From: an uncultured Pseudomonadota bacterium
GTDB taxonomy: Bacteria > Oederibacteriota > Muellerivitia > Muellerivitales > Muellerivitaceae
DNA length: 64,000 nt
Direction of reading: 5' to 3'
Assembly: GCA_963843375.1 (NCBI GenBank)
Contig: CAWJKT010000008.1
Location: forward strand, 64,001-128,000
Shown here: positions 10,832-20,964 of the stretch, piece after piece
How positions within the stretch are numbered: the stretch's first letter is position 1
How the letters are laid out: the number at the start of each line of letters is the position of its first letter
The notes under the pieces: generated by a model
What the model was told of the DNA's origin: nothing
The model's database searches: none
Seen by the model: the letters and a program-made list of their open reading frames with translations, nothing else
Made by a program: the position numbers and the translations under genes

Positions 10832-11098
10832 TTAGCGCAAACGGTATTCGGTCACATAAAGATGGACTAATTCGGGCTTTTCTTCCACGACCACCACTTT
10901 GATAATAAAAGGAATATGTCGGTCGGAAACAAAGGTGTCTTTCCCGAATTCCCTGCGAAGTCTTCCCCATTCTTCCGGGGGAAAATCAAAAAGCTCCCGG
11001 TAAAACTTTTGGGCAAGTCCTCCGACCCTTTTATCCCTGGAAAGCGCCTCGAAATTGTCAAAAGCGCTTTGTTTAAAATCGACGATTATTTTTTTCAT
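10832..11098 (-). CDS. Putative RelE/ParE-like toxin
   Basis: 88 aa; IIVDFKQSAFDNFEALS opening resembles RelE beta1-alpha1; adjacent to antitoxin-like gene. Confidence 0.4.
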   Translation of the reverse strand: MKKIIVDFKQSAFDNFEALSRDKRVGGLAQKFYRELFDFPPEEWGRLRREFGKDTFVSDRHIPFIIKVVVVEEKPELVHLYVTEYRLR

Positions 11099-11134
11099 TT
11101 ACTACTTCCGTTTTTACAAGCCGTACGTTGACAA

Positions 11135-11169
11135 TTATTTAGTGTATACGCTTGTATACCACTAAATAA
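11135..11169. promoter_or_regulatory. Palindromic operator upstream of putative TA pair
   Basis: TTATTTAGTG...CACTAAATAA inverted repeat enclosing two GTATAC boxes. Confidence 0.55.
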
Positions 11170-11480
11170 AAAGAGGGTCAATACTTTGATGACGCATCAG
11201 ATTAAATGTATGTTTTTTTGGTCGTCATTGTGAGGTTCAGTCCCAAGCGTGGTGGTTCGGACCGCGACATTTTCGAGTTGGCTTTCGTCCAACAGCTTGA
11301 CCATCGGGCCAATACAACCTAAAATAGTCAACAAGCTCGCATTCTTAAGGCGATCGGCTTTTCCACGTCAGCCAAAAACTGGCGATTCAGCGTTATAACA
11401 TCAAACGGGAGATTTTTAATTCTTTGATATTCATCGTTTAAAGACTAAAAAGGTTATAGGATAGTTTTTCTTGAATCGAC

Positions 11481-12988
11481 TTAAAGGAATCCTTTCAATT
11501 CCGGATAAAGCTTTCGGAACTCGGAATACCAGCCGTTATAAATCTTAACTTGTTTCGTCCTAGGGTGAGTGCGACTGGCTACCCGGATCAGTTTCGAGCA
11601 GGCCGCCGGAACCGAGGGATAAAGATTCGCTCCCACCATGGCGAGGATGGCCGCGCCATAGGCCGGGCCTTCCTGGCTATTCACCGTCACCACTTCTTCC
11701 CCATAAATATCGGCCTGCAGTTGCCTTTGAAATGGGTTTGCTGCCCCGCCGCCGGTGGCCACAACCCGCCGGATGGGAACTTCCAGTTCCCGGAAAATTT
11801 CCAGGGAGTCCCTCATGCCGAAAATCATTCCCTCAAAAACCGATCGGGCGAAATGGGCCCTGCCATGGCGGGCCGAAACTCCAATGAAGGCGCCTCTCGC
11901 GTAGGGCGTCTTTATGGGGGGTTCTTTCGCCCATGAAATAGGGAAGGAACATAAGCCCTTCGCTTCCCTCCGGCGCCTTTTGCGCCTCGCCGCTGAGGAT
12001 TTGATAAGGGTTCTTCCCCGTCCTTTTTACCCAACTCCTTCTCATAAAGACCCAGGTTGTCCCGATACCATTGCAGGGAATAGCCCGCCGAAAGCATGAC
12101 GCCCATGAGGTACCATTTCTTGGGCACACTGTGGCAAAAGCTGTGGACGCGAAGCTTCGGGTCCACCTTCACCTGGTCGGTATGGGCGAAGAAGACGCCC
12201 GAAGTGCCCAGGCTAGCCATGACATCGCCGGTTTGAATGATACCGTTGCCCACCGCTCCGCAGGTATTGTCTGCCCCGCCCCCCACAACGGGCGTCCCCA
12301 CTTTGAGCCCCAGGTCCTTGGCCGAGGCTGCCGTCAAATGCCCGCAGACATCCTGGGATTCCACCACCTGGGGAAACCACAAGGGCGAAATGCCTAATTT
12401 ACCTAGGAGTTCCTTCGACCAACGGCGATTCTTCACGTCGAAATAAAGGGTCCCGGCGGCGTCCGAAACCTCGGTGGCCATGGACCCAGTCAGCTTGTAG
12501 CGAACATAATCCTTGGGCATGAGCACTTGGGCGATTTGGGCATAAACCTTGGGTTCATGCTTTTTGACCCAAAGGATTTTAGGTAGAGTAAAACCTTCGA
12601 GAGCGGGATTAGAAACCCATTTTCTCAGGTTGGTCTCCCCCACCCTGCGGGTAATCTCCAGGCATTCCTCATGGGTACGGGTATCACACCAAAGCAACGC
12701 CGGACGAAGGACTTTGCCTTTTTTATCCAGGAAAACGGAAGAATGCATTTGCCCCGAAAAGCCCAGGCTTTTCACATCCTGGGACTTCACCCCGGCCTTA
12801 CGCACCGCACCAGTAATGGCTTCAAAAGCCGCTTTGACCCAGACATCCGGATCTTGTTCTGCCCACCCCGGATGGGGCGTCAGAAGCGGATACTCGACCG
12901 TCACTTTGGAAAGAATCTTCCCGGCTTCTGAAACCACAATGGCCTTGGTGCCGGATGTTCCGATATCACAACCGATGACATAGGACAT
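11481..12988 (-). CDS. xylB: Xylulokinase (split over three frames by probable sequencing indels)
   Basis: [47 protein letters not shown]. Confidence 0.9.
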
Positions 12989-13034
12989 AAAATCTCCTTT
13001 CATACCGATTTCCACTTCTTTTAGAACTCCAACA

Positions 13035-14123
13035 TCATCTTTTGATGATCAAAATATCCGGCCTTAAGTATTCCTTCCCTCCACAGTTCACCTTCATCAT
13101 GGGCCAGCGGGGTGTCGGGGTTAAAAGCTCCAAACCTTTACCCGTTAACAATACCGTGTCCTCGCTTTTGGTGCCGGTGATGGAAGGGTTCCAAGCCAGG
13201 GACTGATTTTCCACCAGCCGAAAGGGGCAATCGGGAGTCGCCAGATAATCCCTTGTTTCATAGCCTGTGGGCCCGCCTTGGTGGTGCTTTTTCCACTCCC
13301 CGGGGAAACCTTGTTCCGAATATTTCAAAACCCCCGCGTTAAACACGTCCTTGGCTACAACCCCAATCTTGCTTTTATCCCACATAGCGCATTCCACCTC
13401 TAGACAGGCACGGTGTCGAAGTTGAAGGTCCACCGGCATGGGCCCGAAATGGACGATGCGGGTAAGGTTGGCGATAAGGCCGTAACCCTTGGCGCAGATG
13501 ACCATCATGACAGTATTTTGAATTTTGCGGTCCGTCGGAAGGGGATGCCGGTAACGTTTGAGTCTTTCATCTGAACCGACCAAAATGACTGTTGCTTCCA
13601 AACCCCGGCCCACCAATTCATGGGAAAGTTCGGCGGCCACTTGGTTTTCCCGCCAGCCTTTTCGAACCCGTTTCCCCACCGACTCCATAGCCTCCCCCGA
13701 AAGTTTCCCCACTTTCCTGTAACATTTGATTTCCTCCGGAAACAAGGACCACCGGAGTTTGGCGATGTCTTCTTTGAGGGACGGCAACCCAACGGACCCA
13801 TCATCCGAAACGGCCTTTTTATTAAAGGAAAAATGGAATGTTTCATACCATGGATAGACTCGGTAGGTAAAAGGCAGACCCTTGGCCTCCTCTTCCTGAA
13901 ACCTCTTTTCCTCTATGGAATTACACCATAATTCAGCGACTTTGGAGGTCACCCAAAGGGAAGCCACCCCTTTTTCCACGTCGGTGCGGATATGGTTGGT
14001 GCGCCCCCCGGTCAGCCAGGAGAAATTGGCCCGGCTAGAAAGAAGGACGCCTTCCAGGAAACGAGTTTTGAGAAAGCCTCGAATGCGTCGTAGTTTTTCA
14101 TTAAGTTCAAGGTTGGAATTCAT
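13035..14123 (-). CDS. M24 (Xaa-Pro peptidase-like) family protein
   Basis: RHPLPT, ANLTR, HHQGGPTGY, WNPSITGTKSEDT pita-bread fold motifs. Confidence 0.75.
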   Translation of the reverse strand: MNSNLELNEKLRRIRGFLKTRFLEGVLLSSRANFSWLTGGRTNHIRTDVEKGVASLWVTSKVAELWCNSIEEKRFQEEEAKGLPFTYRVYPWYETFHFSFNKKAVSDDGSVGLPSLKEDIAKLRWSLFPEEIKCYRKVGKLSGEAMESVGKRVRKGWRENQVAAELSHELVGRGLEATVILVGSDERLKRYRHPLPTDRKIQNTVMMVICAKGYGLIANLTRIVHFGPMPVDLQLRHRACLEVECAMWDKSKIGVVAKDVFNAGVLKYSEQGFPGEWKKHHQGGPTGYETRDYLATPDCPFRLVENQSLAWNPSITGTKSEDTVLLTGKGLELLTPTPRWPMMKVNCGGKEYLRPDILIIKR

Positions 14124-14249
14124 AAACCCTTTTGAACCGCCAAATTCACCAAGAGGGTGAATATTCAAATTTCTTTACCCAATCATGGTTTTTTTAAATG
14201 TTCCTGGTTCTTGGTGAACATGGTGTCCTTGGCGGTGAAAATTTCCGGT

Positions 14250-15542
14250 TTATTTTTTACTAAAGAACTTTTCATTGATGGTTTTAGTGATGCCAGGCAC
14301 GACTTCATCCGGTGTCTTTTCACCCAGCCATACCTTGTCCATGGCAGGACCCAGGATACCGTAGAAAATTTCACTCCAATTTGACATGAAGGGCTGGTAA
14401 TGGGAATGGGCGGGCATGTCTAGGAGAATGGCCTTATGCTCCGCGCCGGGCGCCTTGAGAAAGACATCCGATTGAGCCAGTTTCATCAGGGCGGGCTGTA
14501 TCATGCCGGTGGCCGCCAATTGGGAGACGGAATCCTCGCTTGCCAGTTCTTTGACGACAATCCAGGCTAGGTCCTTGTGTTTGGAGCTCTTGGAAAGGGC
14601 GTAACCCGATCCGCCGCTTCCCCATCCCTGGAGGCCCTGGGGCCCTTTGGGAAATTCCACCACATCGAAATCCAGGTTTTTCGCCAGCAGGAAACTGGGA
14701 GTCTGCCAGATACCCGAGCAAAGCATGGCCACTTGGCCGTTGATGAACATCTGCATCTGGCCCGAACTGAAGTTGAAGGCCTGGATTTCTGGGGGAGCGG
14801 GGGAGACGTGGTATTTCTGAATGAGGTCACACCGAAACTGAATGGCTTCCAGGGCCTTGGGGTCGTCTAGGGTGAAGCGGGTGGGATGGTCCGTGTCATC
14901 CACCCAGTTGGCCCCGTTGGAAAAGACGAAGTTCTCGAACTGGATGTCATAGGCGTCGATGAAACCCCATTGGGTTACCTTGCCCGTCGCATCCTTTTTG
15001 GTCAGCTTTTGGCAGGTGGAAAGAAAAGATCCTGGCCAGGACCAACTGGCGTCGGGGTAGGGCAAGCCCGCGTCCCGGAACATTTTTCGGTTGTAAAATA
15101 CCAAGCCCGTCGGCGCCGTATCCTGGGGTAGGGCGTAAACCTTGCCATTGGGGCTGAAGCGGTTCAGAACGCCCGGATAGTAACCCTTTAAATCCACCCC
15201 GTCCTTCTGGACGTAAGGAGTCAGGTCCTCGAAAACATCCCTCAGGTAGAGGTCGACGAAGTTATTCACTTCAACATAGATTACGTCCGGGGCGTCCCCC
15301 CCGGCCAGTTGGGTGGTGACCTTTTGTTGGTATTCGTTGTAAGGAATGTTGTCGATTTCAACCTGGAGCCCCGGATGGCGCTTTTCGATGTCGGTTACGA
15401 CCTGGTGGAGTTTTTCGATTAGGACCGGATCGGTGAGAAATTGGGCCAAGTGGATTGTGTTGCTTTCTTTTTTAAAAACACAACCTGTGTTAAGAACCAG
15501 GGCCAACAGGGCCGGAACCCAGATGAATTGTTTCGTTTTCAT
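14250..15542 (-). CDS. Sugar ABC transporter substrate-binding lipoprotein
   Basis: Lipobox-like NTGC, AGGDAPDVI, GKVYALP, FINGQVAM. Confidence 0.85.
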   Translation of the reverse strand: MKTKQFIWVPALLALVLNTGCVFKKESNTIHLAQFLTDPVLIEKLHQVVTDIEKRHPGLQVEIDNIPYNEYQQKVTTQLAGGDAPDVIYVEVNNFVDLYLRDVFEDLTPYVQKDGVDLKGYYPGVLNRFSPNGKVYALPQDTAPTGLVFYNRKMFRDAGLPYPDASWSWPGSFLSTCQKLTKKDATGKVTQWGFIDAYDIQFENFVFSNGANWVDDTDHPTRFTLDDPKALEAIQFRCDLIQKYHVSPAPPEIQAFNFSSGQMQMFINGQVAMLCSGIWQTPSFLLAKNLDFDVVEFPKGPQGLQGWGSGGSGYALSKSSKHKDLAWIVVKELASEDSVSQLAATGMIQPALMKLAQSDVFLKAPGAEHKAILLDMPAHSHYQPFMSNWSEIFYGILGPAMDKVWLGEKTPDEVVPGITKTINEKFFSKK

Positions 15543-15715
15543 TCCCGTTTCCTCCTGTTTAGAAATAACCAGCAGAACTTAAAACAATTCGAACCACCAA
15601 GGGAACCAAGAAAGTCAAAAACAAAACCGATTCACAAAAATTTTTAAGGATTTCGCCCTTTTCCATTTTTGGTGAACATGACGTCCTTGATAGATCGAAG
15701 TTTCGGCTAAAGCCT

Positions 15716-16705
15716 CTACGCCGAATCCCGCACGACCAAATGCGTTTTTAACTGCAGCGTACTGTGGACTTTTTCCTCGCCCAATATCTGGCGCATCAGT
15801 TTGTGCACCGCTTGTTTTCCCAATTCATGCAGGTCGTAACCGATGGTGGTCAGGGACGGTGTCACGAAGCCGGCCATTTCAATGTCGTCGAACCCAACAA
15901 TCGCAAAGGCGCCTTCTTTTTTCTTTTGTTCCAGGGCTTTCAGGACGCCGATGGCCATGCCGTCGTTGGCAGCAAAAATGGCGGTGGGGGGATTGGGCAT
16001 CTCCAGGAACCTTTCGGCCGCCACCTTTCCGGACTGGATATCATAACTTCCCGGTTGGATGAGGCTTTCGTCAAATGGTATCCCGGCCTCCTGGAGCGCC
16101 AAACGATAGCCTTCTTGGCGGTCCGCTGAATCGGTCATGTCGGTGCGCCCCGTGATGAAGCCAATGCGTTTATGGCCTTTTTGGATCAGGTACTCGACAG
16201 CCTGCCTTCCCCCATTGACGTTGTCAATGATGACCGCTGGAAGCATGTTCTCGAACCGCCTCTCGCTTGCCACCACCATGGGAAACTTGCGCTGCATCAG
16301 GGTTCGAATGAGTCCTTCCATTTGGATCGATGGCAGGAAAAACAGCAGGCCATCCACCACCGGCGGCTCGGTCATGGTGCGGATGATCTCCCGCTCCTCA
16401 ATGGTTCCGATGGGGAAGGTCGCCAATGTCAAAAGCTTGCCGTTACGCCTGGCTTCCTCTTCCATGCCCATGATGACAGAAGCCACGTAGGGATTAAGCG
16501 AAGGAGTGACCACGCCCAAGAAACCCGTCTTGTGGGAAGCCGCCAAGCCCCGGGCGAACCGGTGGGGCCGATACTGCATCTTCTCCATGATGCCCTTCAC
16601 CCGCTGTTCGGTCTCAAACTTGACCGCCAAGCCGTTGAGGACTCGAGAGACGGTGGCCTTGGAAACCCCTGCCTTTAAAGCGATTTGTTGAATCGTCACA
16701 CTCAT
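15716..16705 (-). CDS. LacI-family transcriptional regulator
   Basis: TIQQIALKAGVSKATVSRVLN HTH; IVGFDD, PSLTTI. Confidence 0.92.
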   Translation of the reverse strand: MSVTIQQIALKAGVSKATVSRVLNGLAVKFETEQRVKGIMEKMQYRPHRFARGLAASHKTGFLGVVTPSLNPYVASVIMGMEEEARRNGKLLTLATFPIGTIEEREIIRTMTEPPVVDGLLFFLPSIQMEGLIRTLMQRKFPMVVASERRFENMLPAVIIDNVNGGRQAVEYLIQKGHKRIGFITGRTDMTDSADRQEGYRLALQEAGIPFDESLIQPGSYDIQSGKVAAERFLEMPNPPTAIFAANDGMAIGVLKALEQKKKEGAFAIVGFDDIEMAGFVTPSLTTIGYDLHELGKQAVHKLMRQILGEEKVHSTLQLKTHLVVRDSA

Positions 16706-16738
16706 AATGCCTCTTTCAGAAAGCTCAAGATCCTAGTC

Positions 16739-17905
16739 TTAAATAACTCCCATAAGGAGTTCTTGTAAACGCTGGTCCAGTTCCTCGTAAGGCAGGCGTT
16801 TTTTCGAGATGGCCATCGGATCAAAAAGGTGCCGGCGCAATTCGTAGGACCCTTCCGGCGTGAACCGGCTCATGATAGCTTCCAAAGCGGGCTCGCTGTT
16901 GTGGAGGCTTTTGAGGATCTGCTGGATCTTCTTGTCCGAGTTGAACTGTTTCACTTTGTCCCAAAGGATAAGGTATGTCCGCATGCTGCCTTCCACAAAA
17001 TCCCAAACTCCCTTCTCGTCCTCGCTGCGGTAGGTATGCTCGTCAAAATTGCGGGTTCCCGCCCAATTGTGATCCTCCAAGAGTTTTACCACGAAAAATG
17101 TTTCCTTGATGTCCTCCGAGCCAAAGCGCAAGTCTTGGTCGAAACGATTGGGTTTTTGGGCTCCCAGATCCACGTGATAAAGCTTGCCCGCTTCCATGGC
17201 TTGGGCGAAATCATGGTAAGTGTTTAACCCCGCCATGCGGGAATGTTCGATTTCCGGGTTGACGCCCACCATATCCGGGTAATCCAGGGTCTCAATGAAG
17301 GCCATCACATGCCCGGCAGTGGCTAGGAAGATATCCCCCCTCGGCTCGTTGGGTTTGGGTTCAATGGCGAACTTGAACTTATACCCGTTGTGTCGGGCAT
17401 AGGAGCAGAGATAATTCATGCATTCGCGGTACCGCTTGAGGGATTCTTCAGGGGTCTTGGAAGCGTCCACTTCCGTCCCTTCCCGGCCTCCCCAAAACAC
17501 ATAGACCGTGGCACCCAAGTCGGCCCCCAGGTCCATGTTCTTCATGACCTTCTGCAAGGCAAAAGCCCTGACCTTCGGATCATGGCTGGTGAATGCCCCG
17601 TCCTTGAAGATACGGTGATAAAAAAGATTGGTAGTGGCCATGGCGCAAACAATCTTGTAATCCTTCATGGCTTTTTTGGTTTCTTTGATAATCTTGTTTC
17701 GCAGTTGAAGGGAGGCGCCGAAAGGGATAAGGTCGTCGTCATGGAAATTGAACCCATAAACGTTGCGCTTGCCCAACTCCTTGATGTTAGTGAGGGGGTC
17801 TAGACGAGCCCGAGTTTCCTCGCCGAAGGGGTCTCGGCCCCGATTAGCTGTAGTCCATAGCCCGAAAGAGAACCGGTGCTCTTTTTTGGGTGTGAAAGAA
17901 CTCAT
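16739..17905 (-). CDS. xylA: Xylose isomerase (short class I type)
   Basis: FSFGLWT, FHDDDL, WGGREG, IEPKPNEP, NPEIEH, FDQD. Confidence 0.93.
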   Translation of the reverse strand: MSSFTPKKEHRFSFGLWTTANRGRDPFGEETRARLDPLTNIKELGKRNVYGFNFHDDDLIPFGASLQLRNKIIKETKKAMKDYKIVCAMATTNLFYHRIFKDGAFTSHDPKVRAFALQKVMKNMDLGADLGATVYVFWGGREGTEVDASKTPEESLKRYRECMNYLCSYARHNGYKFKFAIEPKPNEPRGDIFLATAGHVMAFIETLDYPDMVGVNPEIEHSRMAGLNTYHDFAQAMEAGKLYHVDLGAQKPNRFDQDLRFGSEDIKETFFVVKLLEDHNWAGTRNFDEHTYRSEDEKGVWDFVEGSMRTYLILWDKVKQFNSDKKIQQILKSLHNSEPALEAIMSRFTPEGSYELRRHLFDPMAISKKRLPYEELDQRLQELLMGVI

Positions 17906-17937
17906 AAAACCTCCGTTTTGTAACTTTATTGAAATTT

Positions 17938-17954
17938 GTTGCAACCGGTTTAAC
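17938..17954. promoter_or_regulatory. Candidate LacI-type operator upstream of xylA
   Basis: TTGCAACCGGTTTAA imperfect CG-centred palindrome. Confidence 0.4.
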
Positions 17955-18058
17955 TTATCACGCAATTTTTTTAATTCAAGAAAGATAAAAGGGCTTTTTT
18001 AGAGTTTTTTAAAAAAATGGGAGCCGACTTATGCTTTTTGAGGGTTTTGGGTTGAAAT

Positions 18059-18090
18059 AAAAAAACCTGCCGGTTGGGGTAACCGGCAGG
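18059..18090 (-). terminator. Rho-independent terminator
   Basis: CCTGCCGGTT/AACCGGCAGG stem plus T-run on minus strand. Confidence 0.75.
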
Positions 18091-18122
18091 CTACTGCCTA
18101 AGGAAGAGAAGTAGTTTTAAAG

Positions 18123-18701
18123 TTAGTTTTGATCGGTATTGGAAGATGCCTGGTTATTGGCCTTTTTCGATTTATCCCAATGGCCATCACGACCCTGGCC
18201 ATTTCTCCAACCCCATTTTCCACCCCATCCCCATCGTCCAAATCCTCTCCGACGGTGCCCACCCCTTAAAACCATCATTTGGGCCTGCTGTTTTGGAGTC
18301 AATATTCCTTTTATTTTTTGCTGGAACTTCTCTTGGGCGGCTTGGAGGGCCTTTTGGTCGGCCGATACCTTGTCCATGGAATCGGTCAATTCGGATTCCG
18401 AAGCGTTTTTATCAACTAGAAGCTTCAATTTATCTTTATCTAATTCCATTTGGTCCCGCAAGGGTTTGAATTCGTCGTTCTTGGATTTGAACAAATCCTT
18501 CAGTTGAGTCTCTTGTTCATCATTCAGGCCCAATTTTTTCTTGAACCCGTCGAAATGGCCCCATTTACCGTGGCCATCTTCTTTCGCTGAATCCGACTTC
18601 TCCGAGAGGCTTTGATCCTGTGCAAGAGCCAGATGAACGACCGCGAAAACCATCGCAATCGCCAGAATTCCAACGAAGGCCAAATGGATTAATTTTTTCA
18701 T
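18123..18701 (-). CDS. Spy/CpxP-family periplasmic protein
   Basis: Signal peptide; LGLNDEQ and ILTPKQQ (LTxxQ) motifs. Confidence 0.8.
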   Translation of the reverse strand: MKKLIHLAFVGILAIAMVFAVVHLALAQDQSLSEKSDSAKEDGHGKWGHFDGFKKKLGLNDEQETQLKDLFKSKNDEFKPLRDQMELDKDKLKLLVDKNASESELTDSMDKVSADQKALQAAQEKFQQKIKGILTPKQQAQMMVLRGGHRRRGFGRWGWGGKWGWRNGQGRDGHWDKSKKANNQASSNTDQN

Positions 18702-18875
18702 GAAAGACCCTCCAAAATTAAAATCGGCTAAAGATTATTGAACTTCGAGTTTGGACGCAGGGGGTTTCTTAAAAGTGTCGCAGCACTGCCTTCTTCGATA
18801 ATTATTTCGCTAAAAACCAATCGAGGACCAAACCCTTATTTCCTAGCATAGCCGAATTCTTGGATGAGCCTTGAT

Positions 18876-19523
18876 TCACTCGGATATCGGTTGAAAATCC
18901 TTCAGGGCCGGATTGATCATTTGAAAAGATTCGAAAAAACGCTTCATGCCTTTGACGTCGAACGTTTTATCTGAAGTGGTGTAATTAAGGAAATAGAACC
19001 ACTGGTGTACTAGGAAATAACGCCCCGCCGCCACCTGATGGTTTGCCACATCCACCAGCTTGAATTCACAGGCTGGGGCATACTGGTATTTAAAGAAATA
19101 ACTGTAAGCCACCTGGGCCTTCAGGTTGGCAGCCAGACTATTGATCATCATACGCATGAAAGGTTCGGGACTCGTAATCTTTCGGGGTTCCGTGTAATAT
19201 CCCATTCCCACGCCATAAAGCCTGCCGTCTTCGTCCGTGGCGCGCCATTCGTCCCGCCCTTCCAGCTTTTGGAGGACTGCCGGGGTGGAAAGGGAAAAGC
19301 TCACCACAGCCGGGAGCTGGTAAGTCACCCAAGCTTCATCTCCGCGGACCGGTCCCGACCCCAGGATGAAAACCCCCAGGAGAAAAAGAGTCGCAAAAAC
19401 CGGCCTAGAAATCCAAGAAACCTGGAGGGTTGCGGTTATGATCTTTTCCCGGAAAGAAGCGATCTGCTTGAGGAGTTTCAAGAGGATATGGGGAGTGATG
19501 GTGAATCGGGTTTCGTAGGCCAT
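18876..19523 (-). CDS. Chimeric ORF: Fic N-terminal fragment fused to a putative exported protein
   Basis: First ~38 aa nearly match the neighbouring Fic protein, then a hydrophobic signal-like segment and unrelated domain. Confidence 0.55.
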   Translation of the reverse strand: MAYETRFTITPHILLKLLKQIASFREKIITATLQVSWISRPVFATLFLLGVFILGSGPVRGDEAWVTYQLPAVVSFSLSTPAVLQKLEGRDEWRATDEDGRLYGVGMGYYTEPRKITSPEPFMRMMINSLAANLKAQVAYSYFFKYQYAPACEFKLVDVANHQVAAGRYFLVHQWFYFLNYTTSDKTFDVKGMKRFFESFQMINPALKDFQPISE

Positions 19524-19670
19524 GAAAGAAGCGTAACAATAAGACAACCATATGTCAACTCGTCAGAAAACCGTCCCAAACCCGCAAGTCTTTCTCTTAT
19601 TCTGTCTATAAGATTATATGAGTTTGCATAAGATTAATTTTTATGATGGGAAAATGGTGGGGCATCCTGG
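19410..19670. repeat. Diverged direct repeat copy 1 (fic 5' end + upstream region + last 16 bp of tRNA-Ile2)
   Basis: Aligns with 20591-20848; TGGTGGGGCATCCTGG at 19655-19670. Confidence 0.85.
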
Positions 19671-19693
19671 GTGCTTGGAACTTGGTCCAGGTT

Positions 19694-20701
19694 CTATCCC
19701 TTGAGGATGTATCTACCTGTCTTCCTCGTCCCGATTCTCTCAATCAAACCCGCTTTCATCAGGGGGCTCAACAGTTTGACCGACCCTTGTCGGGTTACCC
19801 CCAAGGCTTCCCATATTTCCTTCGGCAAAAGGCTTTTGTGGTCTCTCAAGAGGCCTAGGACCTTTTCCTGCCGGGGGGATAGGACGACCTTCTCTGCGCT
19901 TTTCTCACCCTTCAAACGCTGGACCCGTTCCCACACTCGTTCCAGCGTTAAATGCACGGCCTCTGCGGTATATTCCAGGAAGCCGGTGAGGTCATCCCCG
20001 TTCTGCCGGACAAGTTCAAGGTTCCGGTAGTAAAGCGGCCTTTTTTCCCAGAACACCTCATCCACCGAGAAAACGTGGTGGGTATCAAATCCCCTCCGGT
20101 ACAGTTCCCAAAGGCCGAGCATCCTTCCGGTGCGTCCGTTACCATCCCCGAAAGGGTGGATGGCTTCGAACCGATAATGGAGGATACCCGAGGTGAGAAC
20201 CGGCGGCCAATCCTTAGCTTTTTTATTCCACCATTCGAGAAGTTCGCGCATCAGTCCGCTGACCTGGAAGGCGGGCGGAGGCACATGGTTCCCGACCCGC
20301 ACCTGGATGGTCCTGTACCTGCCGGCCTCGCCCTGATCCATCACCCCACTAGAGATGAGAGAATGAAGCTCGAACAGGTCTTCATGGGTGATGACCTTTT
20401 TCCTCGCGTGCTTTTCGACATACCGTAGTCCAGCGAAATAATTCAGGATTTCCTTTTTAGAACGTTCGGTAGGGGAAGAAAGCTCCTTTCCCTCCTCCAA
20501 AAGCCGGACCTCAGCCAAAGTGAGAGGATTGCCTTCAATAGCGGTGGAACTGTGACTGTTCCGAACCCTTGCGTCCCTCTGGAGCGTGGGAATCCAGGAA
20601 ACCTGGAGGGTGGCGGTCATGATCTTTTCCCGGAAAGAAGCGATCTCCTCTAGGAGCTTCAGGATATGGGGGGTGACGGTGAAACGGGGTTCATAAGCCA
20701 T
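19694..20701 (-). CDS. Fic-domain AMP transferase (class II) with C-terminal HTH
   Basis: HPFGDGNGRTGR catalytic motif; N-terminal STAIEGN inhibitory motif. Confidence 0.92.
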   Translation of the reverse strand: MAYEPRFTVTPHILKLLEEIASFREKIMTATLQVSWIPTLQRDARVRNSHSSTAIEGNPLTLAEVRLLEEGKELSSPTERSKKEILNYFAGLRYVEKHARKKVITHEDLFELHSLISSGVMDQGEAGRYRTIQVRVGNHVPPPAFQVSGLMRELLEWWNKKAKDWPPVLTSGILHYRFEAIHPFGDGNGRTGRMLGLWELYRRGFDTHHVFSVDEVFWEKRPLYYRNLELVRQNGDDLTGFLEYTAEAVHLTLERVWERVQRLKGEKSAEKVVLSPRQEKVLGLLRDHKSLLPKEIWEALGVTRQGSVKLLSPLMKAGLIERIGTRKTGRYILKG

Positions 20702-20848
20702 GAAAGAAGTGTAATAATAAGACAACCGTATGTCAACCCGTTAGACAACCACAGCAAACCTGTTGGGCTTTCCCCTATTCCGTCTATATAAGATTATATG
20801 AGTTTGTATAAGATTAATTTGGGAAGAAAAAATGGTGGGGCATCCTGG
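20591..20848. repeat. Diverged direct repeat copy 2
   Basis: Aligns with 19410-19670. Confidence 0.85.
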
Positions 20849-20878
20849 ATTCGAACCAGGGACCAAGGCATTATGAGT
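20833..20878 (-). pseudogene. 3' half of host tRNA-Ile2(CAT), intronless; island attachment junction
   Basis: Minus strand ACTCATAATGCCTTGGTCCCTGGTTCGAATCCAGGATGCCCCACCA. Confidence 0.92.
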
Positions 20879-20964
20879 ATTCTGGTAAGGGGCCTTTGGT
20901 TTGTCCGTGTCATTCATAAAACCCTTTTCGCAAAAGGGTTTCATCTACTTTAGTAACTTGCTCA

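Noticed and set aside
20741..20944. 67-aa ORF containing ALVPGSNPGCPT
   Set aside because: Translation of the tRNA 3' half, not a protein.
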